A stretch of 64,000 nucleotides of DNA from an uncultured Gemmatimonadota bacterium (GCA_964345885.1 CAYFSW010000147.1:235-64234); one strand, 5' to 3'. Counted from the first letter of the stretch, positions 38,782 to 49,346 are shown. The notes: generated by a model from the letters alone, not told the origin. A program made the numbers and translations.

Positions 38782-38921
38782 CTCCTATTATAGGCTTTGC
38801 CACGTCGGCGAGCACGCTCAGCACGGCTGTCGCCGTGGTGCGGCAGCGTAACGGATCAGGCAGTTGTGGTGTAACTCCGCAGGTGGGCACCGTTCCTCAG
38901 AACGGAAACGGCCTAGCTGTT

Positions 38922-39803
38922 CTAATCCTCTTCTTCTTCCTCCTCCTCTTCGCCTTCCTCTTCTTCCTCTTCTTCTTCTTTTTCCGCTTCGTGCTCTTCC
39001 TCTTCCTCGACCTCTGCCGCAACCTCCTCCTCCGGGGCGGACTCCTTCTGGGCGGCCGCCTCTATCTCCGCCATCTGTGCCCTGGCTGCCCCCTCGGGGT
39101 CGAACAGCAGGCTCTCAAGCTCATCGACGACGCCTGCTTCCCCCGTGGGCGCCTTGATCTCGAAGCCTTCCGTCGCGGCCCTGCGCAGCTCCTCCGGCGT
39201 GAGCATGGCGGCGAAGACGACCGGGGTCCAGCCGGCGGCCCGCACGCCTTCGGCGGCCTTGCCCTCGCGCACCCGCTCGGCCGCCTCATGATCGCCGAGC
39301 TCAACCAGCTTATCGGTCAGGAAGTCACGAAACTCGGGCCGGTCGACGTACTGGGCCATGAGCAGCAGGTGCTGGACGGCGAGCGGACTGAGATCCGCCT
39401 CGATCGATGCTGCTGTGTACGCCTCGATGTGCTCCCGTGCGATCTCCAGGAACCCCTTCCCCAGGCAAAGCCAGGCCAGGGTCCGGCGCGTGCGGATCAC
39501 CTCGGGTACCACACGAATGATCTTGCGGCAGACAGCCATCGCGTTGTCGTATTCCCCCGCCTGCAGGTAAGCGTCGATGGCGTCGCCGTAGCGCCCGAGG
39601 GCTTTCTGCCTGTCACCCTTCACCAAGTAGAGATCGCCGGCGCGGTTGAGAAGCCGAGCGGCCTCGTAGCCGTGGGTAATCTTCTTGAGCTCTTCCTCGA
39701 TCCGCTCCAAATCGTCACTGGCCATGACTGCGGCCGTCGTGCGACTCTCGCGGCTCTCAGACTTGCCGAATAGACGTTCTAGGAAACCGAGCATCAAGGG
39801 CAT
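38922..39803 (-). CDS. TPR-like helical protein with poly-Glu tail
   Basis: LLNRAGDLY..A...Y..AIDAY..NAMAVCRKIIR; acidic low-complexity C-terminus. Confidence 0.7.
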   Translation of the reverse strand: MPLMLGFLERLFGKSESRESRTTAAVMASDDLERIEEELKKITHGYEAARLLNRAGDLYLVKGDRQKALGRYGDAIDAYLQAGEYDNAMAVCRKIIRVVPEVIRTRRTLAWLCLGKGFLEIAREHIEAYTAASIEADLSPLAVQHLLLMAQYVDRPEFRDFLTDKLVELGDHEAAERVREGKAAEGVRAAGWTPVVFAAMLTPEELRRAATEGFEIKAPTGEAGVVDELESLLFDPEGAARAQMAEIEAAAQKESAPEEEVAAEVEEEEEHEAEKEEEEEEEEGEEEEEEEED

Positions 39804-39955
39804 GTGCGTGCCGTTATGGACAAAACCTCCCCTCGCCCGACCGAACCGACCGGGTCGAAGATCGCTTGCGGCGGCGGAGGACTGCGGCTCAAATTAGACC
39901 GGCCCGCGCAAAGGGTCAACGGGGCGGGCGATCACGACGACGGCCAGGAGAAACA

Positions 39956-40177
39956 ATGCACGTCACCATCGAGTACTGCGTCGTTTGAAGCTACGGACCA
40001 CGAGCCGCCAGTTTGGCGGACGAGATTCGTAAACAGCACAGCGATATCGAGGTCGAGCTGATCAAAGGGAGCGGCGGTGCGTTCGAGGTGTGCCGGGACG
40101 GCAAGCTGATCTTCTCCAAGCTCAGCACGGGACGGTTCCCCGAACCTGAGGAGATACTAGACATCCTGGCCGCGTAG
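39956..40177 (+). CDS. Rdx (SelT/SelW/SelH) family selenoprotein with CxxU
   Basis: AGGAG RBS; MHVTIEYCVV-TGA(39986-39988)-SYGPRAASLADEI..LIKGSGGAFEV..GKLIFSK..GRFPEPEEI; hairpin just after the UGA. Confidence 0.92.
39989..40025 (+). other. Putative bacterial SECIS element
   Basis: CCGCCA-GTT-TGGCGG at 40005-40019, 16 nt after UGA, G first in the loop. Confidence 0.7.
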
Positions 40178-40202
40178 TGGGCGGGTCGGGCCGGACTCGA
40201 GG

Positions 40203-40478
40203 CTAGTCCCAGTAGTGGTCCGGGTCGTCCCAGCTCTCCGTCCAGAACCGCTCCTCTTCCTTGGCGATCTGCTCCAGATCGAGGGCCCGATCGGGCACCT
40301 GCCGCTCGCTCAGCCTACCGTGCTCGATGATCTGCTCGACCATGTCGTCGGTAAGCCAGCCCTTCTGGGGCGGGGTTCTCAGGCGGCGTCGGCGCACCAT
40401 CGCCATGTAGCCTCCCGCGAGCAGGAGGGCCAGAGCCAGAATCGAGAGGATGGCGCCGAGCCAGTAGTAAGCAGTCAT
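40203..40478 (-). CDS. Small single-TM hypothetical protein
   Basis: 91 aa, N-terminal TM segment then RRRR, ends FWTESWD. Confidence 0.65.
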   Translation of the reverse strand: MTAYYWLGAILSILALALLLAGGYMAMVRRRRLRTPPQKGWLTDDMVEQIIEHGRLSERQVPDRALDLEQIAKEEERFWTESWDDPDHYWD

Positions 40479-40591
40479 TCTATGAGCCGAGCACGATATG
40501 CGGGAGACGGCGCGTTTCGCGCCTGTACCTATTATTCCGGCTGCGTGCCGCCGTTGTCAATCGTCCGAGACCTCCTCAGCAGGTAGCCCCA

Positions 40592-42013
40592 ATGAGCGCC
40601 AAGGCACCCTTAGGCTACGGCTGTTTCCTCCTGTTCCTGGCCCCATTCTGTGGGGTCGGCATCTTCATGACCATCAAGGGATTGCAGGCGGCGATGGCCG
40701 GCGATTGGGGCGAAGCCGGTCTTTCCTTCCTCTTCGGGCTAGCGTTCGGGGCCGTCGGCATCGGCCTGCTCGCGGCGCTCTTTTACGGCCGAAGGAAGCA
40801 ACAGGAGCTGGAGCGGCTGCAGGGAGAACATCCGGCGGAACCGTGGCTCTGGCGACCGGACTGGGCCGCCGGTCGGATCGAGGGATCCTCTCGTGCCAAG
40901 ATGTATCAGGCCTGGGGCTTCGCCCTCTTCTGGAACCTCATATCGTACGCAGTCGCGCCCCTCGCCATAGCCGAGGGATACCTGAGGGAGGGCGAACCGC
41001 TGGTATTGCTGGTCCTGGTCTTTCCTCTGGTCGGGGCCGGGCTGCTCATCTGGGCGACCCGCGCGACGATCCGCCAGCGCAAGTTCGGGGTCTCGGTATT
41101 CCGCATGGCAAGTGTGCCCGGGGTCATAGGAAGGAAGCTGGAGGGGGTCATCCTGACGAATACGGTCGTCCGTCCGGACGACGCCTTTCGTGTTACGCTC
41201 ACCTGCGTCAATCGCATCACGACCGGCTCCGGCAAGAGCCGCTCGACGCGTGAGAACATACTCTGGCAGGAGGAACGTCGGATCAGGCTCGTCCACCAGG
41301 TCGGCAGAGCAACCGCCGTTCCGGTCGCTTTCCGCCTGCCCCAGGACGTCAGGCAGAGCGATACGAGCGAGCCCGGAGATCAGATCATCTGGCGGCTGGA
41401 AGCCCACGCCGAAGTGCCCGGCGTCGACTATCACGCGAGATTCGACGTGCCCGTTTTCCGGACGCCCGAGAGTGACATTCCGCTGCCGCCCGAGGAGCAA
41501 GAGGCCATCGCCAGCCGGGTGGAGGCCTACCGGCAGCCACCCGACTCACGCATCGTTGTCAGAAGGCATAGGCGGCGTACCGAGATCTACTTCGCGCCGG
41601 CCCGGAACCCCGGCGTCGCGGCGGGTATCACCTTTTTCTTCATCATCTGGACGGCGATCACCATGGCGCTGCCACGGTTCGGCGCGCCGATCATCTTCCC
41701 CATCGTTTTCGGCCTCTTCGCTGTGTTGCTGTTCTTCGTTGTGTTCCAGGCGTGGCTCGGCAGCACACGTGTCATTCTGACTCCCGACGAAGCACACGTC
41801 TCCTACGGTCCGCTCCCCCGCACCCGACGCGTCCTCGCCGACGACATCGACGATGTGACGCTGAAGATCGGCATGCAGGCCGGCAACCGGCCCTACTACG
41901 ACATTCAGATCGTGAAGCGCGACGGGAAGAAGCTATACTCCGGACGCTCAATCAAGGATAAGCAGGAAGCGGAGTGGCTGGCAGAGCAGATGAGAGAGGC
42001 GCTAGAACTGTAG
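40592..42013 (+). CDS. Hypothetical multi-pass membrane protein
   Basis: 473 aa, three TM pairs, EPWLWRPDW, soluble beta-rich middle domain. Confidence 0.75.
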   Translation: MSAKAPLGYGCFLLFLAPFCGVGIFMTIKGLQAAMAGDWGEAGLSFLFGLAFGAVGIGLLAALFYGRRKQQELERLQGEHPAEPWLWRPDWAAGRIEGSSRAKMYQAWGFALFWNLISYAVAPLAIAEGYLREGEPLVLLVLVFPLVGAGLLIWATRATIRQRKFGVSVFRMASVPGVIGRKLEGVILTNTVVRPDDAFRVTLTCVNRITTGSGKSRSTRENILWQEERRIRLVHQVGRATAVPVAFRLPQDVRQSDTSEPGDQIIWRLEAHAEVPGVDYHARFDVPVFRTPESDIPLPPEEQEAIASRVEAYRQPPDSRIVVRRHRRRTEIYFAPARNPGVAAGITFFFIIWTAITMALPRFGAPIIFPIVFGLFAVLLFFVVFQAWLGSTRVILTPDEAHVSYGPLPRTRRVLADDIDDVTLKIGMQAGNRPYYDIQIVKRDGKKLYSGRSIKDKQEAEWLAEQMREALEL

Positions 42014-42016
42014 GGC

Positions 42017-42463
42017 CTACTCGCCGAGCACAGCCCCTGGAACCACCTCGAACAGGTGGCTGCGATGGAACTCGCCGTCCAACCAGAGGTCGACTTCCCA
42101 GAAGCCCGTCATCGAGACAGGAGTGAGGTCGAGGGTGAAGACGGTGATCTGTTCCGCCGGCCCATCGAGGATCTCGACCAGGGAGACATCGACCTCGTTG
42201 GCGTTGGGGTCGTACCAGACCGCCTCCGCATCATGGGGCGGCTCAAGCTTGTTCCAGCGTACCCAGAGGTGGACGATCTCATCCTGAACGAAAGTGTCGG
42301 TGATGCCGACGGGCACACCCTGGAAGACGGCTAGGGCGAGCACCGACTCGGCCACGTGCGCTCCGGCGAGCGGGCCGACGAGCTCGCCGGACGCCCTCTC
42401 GTCATCGCAGCCGGCCAGTACCACGGCACAGGCGAAGACGAACGGTAGTAGGTGCCTCCTCAT
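42017..42463 (-). CDS. Hypothetical lipoprotein
   Basis: MRRHLL..lipobox LAGC; acidic beta-rich domain. Confidence 0.65.
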   Translation of the reverse strand: MRRHLLPFVFACAVVLAGCDDERASGELVGPLAGAHVAESVLALAVFQGVPVGITDTFVQDEIVHLWVRWNKLEPPHDAEAVWYDPNANEVDVSLVEILDGPAEQITVFTLDLTPVSMTGFWEVDLWLDGEFHRSHLFEVVPGAVLGE

Positions 42464-42626
42464 CGCGCCCAAAGATAATCAAGTGGACCACGAGGGCACC
42501 ACCTTGTGGTCCTTGGACGGGTAGCGGGTACCGCCGGGAGAGTGGTAATTTGACCCGGTCTCCCAGCAGCCGAGACGGTTCGCAGCGGCTTTTCCACGTG
42601 TCGTTTACAGCTACGCCACATAGCGT

Positions 42627-43088
42627 GTGATGGCAATGGAGATAGAGCGTAAGATTCAGCGACTCGGTTTCACAGAGCTTCTGTTGGGCGGCGTGGTTCT
42701 ACTCATGATCACGCTCGCCCTTATCGCCATGGCGTTCTACGTCAACCCGGAACAAAACCTGGACATACCCGAGGTGCAGCCGGCGATCCGCGTAGCGCGC
42801 GAGGCGGATTTCCCGGTCGGCTCGAGCCGGATCCGCTCCTGGGGCGACGAGGTCATCCTGATCGTGCGCCTCGACTCGGCCCGCTACTTCGCGCTACAGG
42901 CGACATCTCCCGCCGACGGTTGCATCCTGCGCTGGGACCCGGAAGCGTCGCGAATCTACTCGCCGTGCAGATACATGGTTTATGACCTGCGTGGGGATGT
43001 AGTAGCGGGTCTTTCCACGCAGGCGCTCAAACGCTTCGCCGTCTCTGTCCGAGAAGGTGTTATCTACGTTTCGGAAGGCGTAAGGTGA
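42627..43088 (+). CDS. Rieske-fold protein lacking [2Fe-2S] ligands (pseudo-Rieske)
   Basis: N-terminal TM; ALQATSPADGCIL and IYSPCRYMVYDLRG align to Rieske boxes CxHxGC and CxCHxxxF; coupled to cytochrome b. Confidence 0.8.
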   Translation: MMAMEIERKIQRLGFTELLLGGVVLLMITLALIAMAFYVNPEQNLDIPEVQPAIRVAREADFPVGSSRIRSWGDEVILIVRLDSARYFALQATSPADGCILRWDPEASRIYSPCRYMVYDLRGDVVAGLSTQALKRFAVSVREGVIYVSEGVR

Positions 43089-44347
43089 ACGAGCCAAGAA
43101 AGCAGCCGAGACTGAGATGGTTGGCCGTGTTCTGGGCCGACTTGAAGGCGAGCACGGACCCCGCGTTGCTGGGTGTCGCGCGGTTCCTGGGGCTACTGTA
43201 CGGGCCCATCGACCGCACGCTGCCCATCGACCAGGCGGCAAAGAAGGCCCTCCGCCGACGTCTGCCGGCCTTCGTCGGCTGGCACCACGCGCTCGGCGGC
43301 ATCACCTATCTCCTGTTCATCGTGCTCGTCGTGACCGGGGTCCTCTTGTCTTTCTACTACCGGCCGTCGGTGCAGGAGGCCTACCCGAGCATTCAGTACG
43401 TCGTCTCCGAGGTGCCGCTCGGCTGGTTAGTCCGGGATCTCCACGTATGGTCTGCCAACCTGATAGTGATCGCCATCATGGCGCACATGGCACGTGTGTT
43501 CTTCAGCGGCACCTACAAGCCGCCGCGCGAGACGAACTGGTTGGCCGGTCTGCTCCTGCTGCTCGTCGTGCTCGCCTTCGGTGGAACCGGCTATCTGCTG
43601 CCATGGGATCAATGGGCTTACTGGACGACGACCGAAGTCCTGGACACGATGTCGCGTATGCCCCTGCTGGGGATATTGGCGTCGGTGCTGCAGGGAGACG
43701 CGGTGGTCTCGGGTGCGACGCTCAGTCGCTTCTTCGCCTGGCATGTGATCATTCTTCCCTGGATAGCCTTCGCCCTGCTGCTCCTCCACTTCTCGCTGCT
43801 GCGCAAGCACGGGGTCGCGCCGCCTCCGGGAGGGACGGAGAAGCCCGACGACGGCGTCCCATTCTTCCCCAACCACCTGTTGAGAGCTTTCATCGTCGGG
43901 GTGCTGGTCCTGGCCGTGGCGATCAGCCTCGCCGCCTTATTCCCGCGGCCGGTGGGCGACCCAGCGAACCCGTTCGAACTGCCGTCCGAGCTGGTTTCCT
44001 CTTGGGTGGTGGTGGACGTGTCGCTGGCACTAATCCGCTATCTCGGTGTATGGGGGTTTACACTGTTTACCCTGCTGGGAATCGCTCTCGCGCTGCTGCC
44101 GATCTTCGACCGCAAGCCCGAGCGACGTTTGCGGCGCCGGCCCGTCCTCCTGGCACTGGGGACCCTTTTCTTCGCCGGCTTCCTGGTCGCGTGGTTGGTG
44201 GGCCACCAGCTCAGATCGTTGCCGCCCGGCACTCGGCTGCGGCCGGGAGAGATGATCGAGCGCTTCGTTCCGGAACAGCGCCCGGAGCAGGCGCCAGGGG
44301 CCGAGTCGGGCGTTGCCGGCGCGGCCGCAGAGGAGGAACAGCGGTGA
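43085..44347 (+). CDS. Cytochrome b (b6-type plus fused subunit IV) with degenerate PEWY loop
   Basis: Four heme His retained (DLHVW..MAHM, AWHV..LLHF), GYLLPWDQ; PEWY position reads SSWV. Confidence 0.88.
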   Translation: MNEPRKQPRLRWLAVFWADLKASTDPALLGVARFLGLLYGPIDRTLPIDQAAKKALRRRLPAFVGWHHALGGITYLLFIVLVVTGVLLSFYYRPSVQEAYPSIQYVVSEVPLGWLVRDLHVWSANLIVIAIMAHMARVFFSGTYKPPRETNWLAGLLLLLVVLAFGGTGYLLPWDQWAYWTTTEVLDTMSRMPLLGILASVLQGDAVVSGATLSRFFAWHVIILPWIAFALLLLHFSLLRKHGVAPPPGGTEKPDDGVPFFPNHLLRAFIVGVLVLAVAISLAALFPRPVGDPANPFELPSELVSSWVVVDVSLALIRYLGVWGFTLFTLLGIALALLPIFDRKPERRLRRRPVLLALGTLFFAGFLVAWLVGHQLRSLPPGTRLRPGEMIERFVPEQRPEQAPGAESGVAGAAAEEEQR

Positions 44348-45579
44348 GGGTTGGGAATTGGATACTTGTCAGCGGCTCCTTCCTGGTGGCCGCCGCCGGC
44401 CCGCCGGCGCTGGCGCAGCAGCGCGATTTCACCATCGATCCCAACTACACCTGCGTCACCTGTCACACAGAGAAACGCAGCGCCTACTTGGTCGGCACTC
44501 ACTCCGAGAGAGGCATCCACTGTGACGACTGCCATGGCGGCAATCCGCAATCCTTCGACCAGGCGACGGCGCACGCCGGCACATACTACCTCGGGACGCC
44601 CGACAAGCTGGAAACCGTTCGCCTGTGTGCCTCCTGTCACTCCGATCCCGATCAGATGCGGCAGTATGGACTGTCAGTGGGCCAATTGGCCGAGTTTCGG
44701 ACGAGCCGCCACGGACGCCTGTTACTGGAAGGAGGAGACTCTAACGCGCCCACCTGCACCGATTGTCACGACGCGCACACGATCCTGCCGCCCAACGATG
44801 CGCGCAGTAGCGTCTATCCGACGAACATCGCCAGCACCTGCGAGGGTTGTCACGAAGATTCAGCGTTGATGGCCGAATACGGCCTGGGGACCAGTCAGAT
44901 CGAGACCCACCGCCTGAGCACCCACGGTGTCGCCCTTTACGAGGAAAACAATTTCGCGGCGCCGACCTGCGTCAGCTGCCACGGTTCACATGCCGCCTTG
45001 CCACCGGCGGTCACCGAGATCGCCAACGTCTGTGGGCAGTGTCATGTCCTGGTCCGCCGCGCTTTCTACGCGGGGCCGCACGGCGAGGCGGCCAGGGCAG
45101 GAACTCTACCAGGCTGCACGGCCTGCCATTCCAACCACGGTACCGAGAGGGTTCAGCCAGACAGTATTGCGTCGACCTGCACCGAGTGCCACGAAGCGGA
45201 CAGCCCCACCGCGCTGGTCGGCTTCGAGATTCAAGAGCAGGCCACTCGCGCGACCCAAGACATGCACAGCTCCGAGGAGGCGATTCGCCAACTGGTGCGC
45301 GCCGGCCGCAGGGTGGCGGACGTTAAGCTGCGCCACCAGACGGCTCTCACCGTTTACAGACAGATCTCGCAAGCGCAACACAGCCTCGACCTGGAGGTGC
45401 TGGAGGATCTGAGCCGGCAGGTCGGCTCCATAGCAACCGATATCCGCGCCGCCGAGGAGGTCGCAGCGGAACACCGTTGGGAGCACGGGCTCACCCTGAT
45501 CCCGGTCTGGTTCCTGGCACTCTCCGCTATCGTGCTCGCCTGGTTCAAGTTGCGCGCCTTGAGGAAGGAAGAGCTGTAG
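44344..45579 (+). CDS. Nine-heme cytochrome c with C-terminal membrane anchor
   Basis: Real start GTG 44344 inside the long ORF 43117; signal peptide, 9 CxxCH, C-terminal TM. Confidence 0.9.
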   Translation: MRVGNWILVSGSFLVAAAGPPALAQQRDFTIDPNYTCVTCHTEKRSAYLVGTHSERGIHCDDCHGGNPQSFDQATAHAGTYYLGTPDKLETVRLCASCHSDPDQMRQYGLSVGQLAEFRTSRHGRLLLEGGDSNAPTCTDCHDAHTILPPNDARSSVYPTNIASTCEGCHEDSALMAEYGLGTSQIETHRLSTHGVALYEENNFAAPTCVSCHGSHAALPPAVTEIANVCGQCHVLVRRAFYAGPHGEAARAGTLPGCTACHSNHGTERVQPDSIASTCTECHEADSPTALVGFEIQEQATRATQDMHSSEEAIRQLVRAGRRVADVKLRHQTALTVYRQISQAQHSLDLEVLEDLSRQVGSIATDIRAAEEVAAEHRWEHGLTLIPVWFLALSAIVLAWFKLRALRKEEL

Positions 45580-45583
45580 CAGC

Positions 45584-47605
45584 ATGGCACGTTTGACGGG
45601 GTTCCTCGATCGCTTCTCGCGCCCGCTCAAGATCGCCATCCAGGCCGGAATTCTCCTGGTAATTCTGATCGCCGTCGCCACGGTCGGCTTCATCGAGTAT
45701 AGCGGCCAGCCGAGCTTCTGTACGAACTGCCATCTCATGCAGCCCTACTACGACTCCTGGGCCAGTTCATCTCATAACACCGTCAAGTGCATCCAGTGCC
45801 ACTACGCGCCCGGAATCAAGGCCGAGGCGATGGGCAAGCTCCAGGCCGCCAACCAGGTCGTCAAGTATATCACCGGTGCATACGGCATGAAGCCGTGGGC
45901 GGAAATCGAGGACGCTGCCTGCCTGCGCTCGGGCTGTCACACGGAGCGCGCACTGGAAGGTGTCGTCAACTACGAGGGCGTACGCTTCGATCACACGCAT
46001 CACCTGGGCGAGCAGCGTCGCGGAAAGCGTTTACGCTGTACCAGCTGCCACTCGCAGATCGTTCAGGGTAGCCCCGTGCAGCTGGAGGGTTACCAGATCG
46101 GCGCCGCCCACCTCCGCGTAACGGCCGTCACCTGCTATATCTGCCACTTCAAGGACCGGCCGGTGGGCGAACCGATCGCCGGTTGCACGGGCTGCCACGA
46201 CTCGCCGCCGCGCTTCCGCTCGCAAGCCGGCTTCGTCGTGGATCACCCCGCCTACGTCGAGAACATGATTTCCTGCGTCGGCTGTCACGAGACAGTCACC
46301 AGCGGTTCCGGTGAAGCGGGCCAGCGCCGCTGCTTCAACTGCCACAACGAGCCCGAGCGGATCGCGCAGTTCGAGAATACGACACTCGTGCACCGCGTTC
46401 ACATCGCCGAACACAACGTCGAATGCACGCAGTGCCACACACCGATCGTTCACCGCGTCGTCTCCCTCACGCAGGCGTTCCAGCTCGACTGCAACTCCTG
46501 CCATCAAGGTGCCCACGACGCGCAGAGGCTCATGTATTCCGGGCTGGGCGGCCACGGTACCGAGAACACGCCCAGCACCATGTTCCTCGCCAGGGTCTCC
46601 TGCCAGAGCTGTCACGGCCTTCCGGCCGAGATCGGCGAACACGCTCAAGTCAAGCTGGCCGGCGAGGCGACTTGCATGTCGTGCCACGGCATCCGCTATG
46701 CCAACATCCTCCCGGCCTGGCAACAGGAGGTCGAGCGGAGGACGAGGGAGGTAGCCACGGTCTTGCAGGCCGCCCGCAGCACATTGAGCGGCGCGCCCGT
46801 CCGAACTCGCGCCACAGCCGACAGTCTGCTTACACTCGCCGAGGACAACGTGAGCTTTGTCGAACGTGGAAAGGGCGCACACAACATCGCCTACGCCGAC
46901 CAGCTCTTGCGCGCCGCACTCGACCTCGTGCAACGAGCGGTCGATAACGCCTCGCTTCCCTACTCGCTGCCGAAATTCGAGTTGGGTCCCCAGCTCGGGG
47001 GCAACGTTTGCCTGCAGTGCCACCTCGGAATCGGCGAGCAGGCCGGGCGCTTTGCCGGGCGACGGTTCGACCACACTCCACACGTGCAGCGCGCCGACCT
47101 CGCGTGCACGGAATGCCATACCCCGTTGGACGAGCACGGGGGCATTACCCTAGTCGACCGATCGAGCTGCGACAATTGCCATCACCGCGTCATCGACCCA
47201 CTGAACTGCGCCAGCTGTCACAGCGGACCCGGTGGCGCACCGACGCAGGCGATCACGACCGAGACCGGCGACTTCACTCACTCCGTCCATCGAGCCCGCG
47301 GGTTCGAGTGCTCGCAATGTCACAGCGCGCCGAGCATGCGGGTCGCAGGACTCAGCTGCGAGAACTGCCACTCGTTCCACCATCAGCCGCAGAGGACCTG
47401 TCTCAGCTGCCACAAGGGGGACGTGTTGCGGATCCACCCCCCAGCCGCACACAGTGGGTGCAACCTCTGTCACGGAGATAACGCCGCCTTTATCACCGAG
47501 TGGACCCGTCAGGTCTGCACCGTCTGCCACGCCGACAAGCTCGAGCACAATGCGCCGGCAGATTGCCACCTCTGCCATACCATGCCCGAGCCGGGCGGCG
47601 GCTAG
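45584..47605 (+). CDS. NapC/NirT-type membrane-anchored multiheme cytochrome c, about 22 hemes
   Basis: N-terminal TM, PSFCTNCHLM..YYDSWASSSH; 21 CxxCH plus one CxxxxCH (CLRSGCH). Confidence 0.9.
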   Translation: MARLTGFLDRFSRPLKIAIQAGILLVILIAVATVGFIEYSGQPSFCTNCHLMQPYYDSWASSSHNTVKCIQCHYAPGIKAEAMGKLQAANQVVKYITGAYGMKPWAEIEDAACLRSGCHTERALEGVVNYEGVRFDHTHHLGEQRRGKRLRCTSCHSQIVQGSPVQLEGYQIGAAHLRVTAVTCYICHFKDRPVGEPIAGCTGCHDSPPRFRSQAGFVVDHPAYVENMISCVGCHETVTSGSGEAGQRRCFNCHNEPERIAQFENTTLVHRVHIAEHNVECTQCHTPIVHRVVSLTQAFQLDCNSCHQGAHDAQRLMYSGLGGHGTENTPSTMFLARVSCQSCHGLPAEIGEHAQVKLAGEATCMSCHGIRYANILPAWQQEVERRTREVATVLQAARSTLSGAPVRTRATADSLLTLAEDNVSFVERGKGAHNIAYADQLLRAALDLVQRAVDNASLPYSLPKFELGPQLGGNVCLQCHLGIGEQAGRFAGRRFDHTPHVQRADLACTECHTPLDEHGGITLVDRSSCDNCHHRVIDPLNCASCHSGPGGAPTQAITTETGDFTHSVHRARGFECSQCHSAPSMRVAGLSCENCHSFHHQPQRTCLSCHKGDVLRIHPPAAHSGCNLCHGDNAAFITEWTRQVCTVCHADKLEHNAPADCHLCHTMPEPGGG

Positions 47606-47775
47606 AGGACCGCTGGCGCCAGCGCGGGACTATAAGCCCTGGCGACTGGCGCCCGCGAACGATTTCTGTTATTAGGTCCCGGCGGTGACATTGCGGTGCC
47701 GGGTGGGGAGACCCGGCTCCGCTGTCGCCCCATGGCTTGCCCCAGCCATCACGGTACCGCCAACCGGCGACACCC

Positions 47776-48537
47776 ATGGTTAGACTACCCGAGTTTCGCA
47801 GCCGCAAGCTGCCCCAACAGGTCCCCCGACTTGCTGTGGTGTTCTTCCTGGCCGCGGTGGCGCTCATCGCGGCGCGCTACTTCCTAATCCCCGACACCTT
47901 CGGCGAAACGGGGCATTATCGGGCGGCGGCGGTCGATACGATCATCGCCCACCCGAAGAAATACGCCGGACAGCAGGAGTGCGCGTTATGCCACGGATCG
48001 ATCATGGACGAGCGGCTGGGGGGCAATCACCGCGGGTTGGCGTGTGAGGGCTGCCACGGGCCGGCGGCGGGGCACGTGGCCAATCCGGTGGAAGTCAAGC
48101 CGGTAATCCCGAGCGAGCGTGAACACTGCCCGCGCTGCCATGCCTACAACCCGAGCCGCCCGACCGGGTTCGCGCAGATCGACCCCGTGGCCCATAACCC
48201 CCTCGTGCCCTGCGCGACCTGCCACAACCCTCACGCGCCAGAACCGCCGATGGTGCCAGGATCCTGCAGCGCCTGCCACGGTCAGATCGCCAGCCAGAAA
48301 GCCGTCTCGCACCACGCGACGCTGCAGTGCACGACGTGCCATGAGGCACCCGATGAGCACAAACTCTCACCCCGGGCCGTTCGTCCCGGCAAGCCGACGG
48401 AGAGAGCTTTCTGCGGGGGTTGCCATGCCCACGATTCGGAGATGCCCCGGCAGATCCCGCGAATCAACCTGCGAGCGCACTACCCGCAGTACCTATGTTG
48501 GCAGTGCCACTACCCCCATTACCCGGAGGCTTCGTGA
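47776..48537 (+). CDS. Eight-heme cytochrome c with N-terminal anchor
   Basis: TM segment then PDTFGETGHYR; 8 CxxCH. Confidence 0.88.
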   Translation: MVRLPEFRSRKLPQQVPRLAVVFFLAAVALIAARYFLIPDTFGETGHYRAAAVDTIIAHPKKYAGQQECALCHGSIMDERLGGNHRGLACEGCHGPAAGHVANPVEVKPVIPSEREHCPRCHAYNPSRPTGFAQIDPVAHNPLVPCATCHNPHAPEPPMVPGSCSACHGQIASQKAVSHHATLQCTTCHEAPDEHKLSPRAVRPGKPTERAFCGGCHAHDSEMPRQIPRINLRAHYPQYLCWQCHYPHYPEAS

Positions 48538-49343
48538 TGTCGAATGAAGTCCCGCAGACCGCCGGATCGTCGCCGGCTGAAGAATCGAAACCGTTCGACA
48601 GGCGCGAGTTCTTGAAGAAGTGTGGCCTGGCAGCGCCGATACTTCTCGGTGTGGTCCGGGTGCCCTTGCTCGAGGCTCAGGATCCGAGCAGCGGCGAGTA
48701 TGATCCTAGCGAACACCTCTATGGAATGGGTATCGACGTCAACAAGTGCATCGGCTGCGGCCAATGCGTAGTGGCCTGTAAGACCGAAAACGATGTTCCT
48801 GTCGAGTCAGAGCACTTCAACACGTGGGTCGAGCGCTACATTATCCGCGCAGATGAAGAAGTCGCAGTTGACAGTCCGAACGGGGGTATCGACGGATTCC
48901 CGCCCACGCGTGTTGAGGGCGGTGAGGTTCGCAGGACCTTCTTCGTCCCCAAGTTGTGCAACCACTGCGCCGAAGCTCCCTGCGTCCAGGTCTGCCCGGT
49001 GGGCGCGACGTTCACTACCGAAGACGGAGCCGTCCTGGTGGACGATGAATACTGCATTGGGTGCCGCTACTGCATACAGGCTTGTCCGTATGGTGCCCGC
49101 TGGCTGCACCCGGAGACGCACGTCGCGGCCAAGTGCACGTTCTGTTACCACCGTCTGGTGGACGGGCTGGTGCCGGCCTGCGTGGAAGTTTGCCCGACCG
49201 GGGCGCGGCTGTTCGGCGAGCTGGAGGGCAGAGCCACACCGCTGGCACGATTCAGGCGCTTCAACGAACTGCAGGTCCTCAAGCCGCACCTCAACACGAG
49301 GCCGAAAGTCTACTACGCCAATCTAGACGGCGAGGTGAGGTAG
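48537..49343 (+). CDS. Tat-exported 4Fe-4S protein (NrfC/DsrO/PsrB-like)
   Basis: DRREFLK; CIGCGQCVVAC, CNHC..PCVQVCP, CIGCRYCIQACP, KCTFC..PACVEVCP. Confidence 0.93.
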   Translation: MSNEVPQTAGSSPAEESKPFDRREFLKKCGLAAPILLGVVRVPLLEAQDPSSGEYDPSEHLYGMGIDVNKCIGCGQCVVACKTENDVPVESEHFNTWVERYIIRADEEVAVDSPNGGIDGFPPTRVEGGEVRRTFFVPKLCNHCAEAPCVQVCPVGATFTTEDGAVLVDDEYCIGCRYCIQACPYGARWLHPETHVAAKCTFCYHRLVDGLVPACVEVCPTGARLFGELEGRATPLARFRRFNELQVLKPHLNTRPKVYYANLDGEVR

Positions 49344-49346
49344 CCG

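Noticed and set aside
38922..39010. CT-rich low-complexity tract
   Set aside because: Explained by the poly-Glu tail of the minus-strand protein.
43117..44343. N-terminal 409 codons of the 820-aa ORF
   Set aside because: Alternate-frame overlap of cytochrome b; the real cytochrome c starts at GTG 44344 with a signal peptide.
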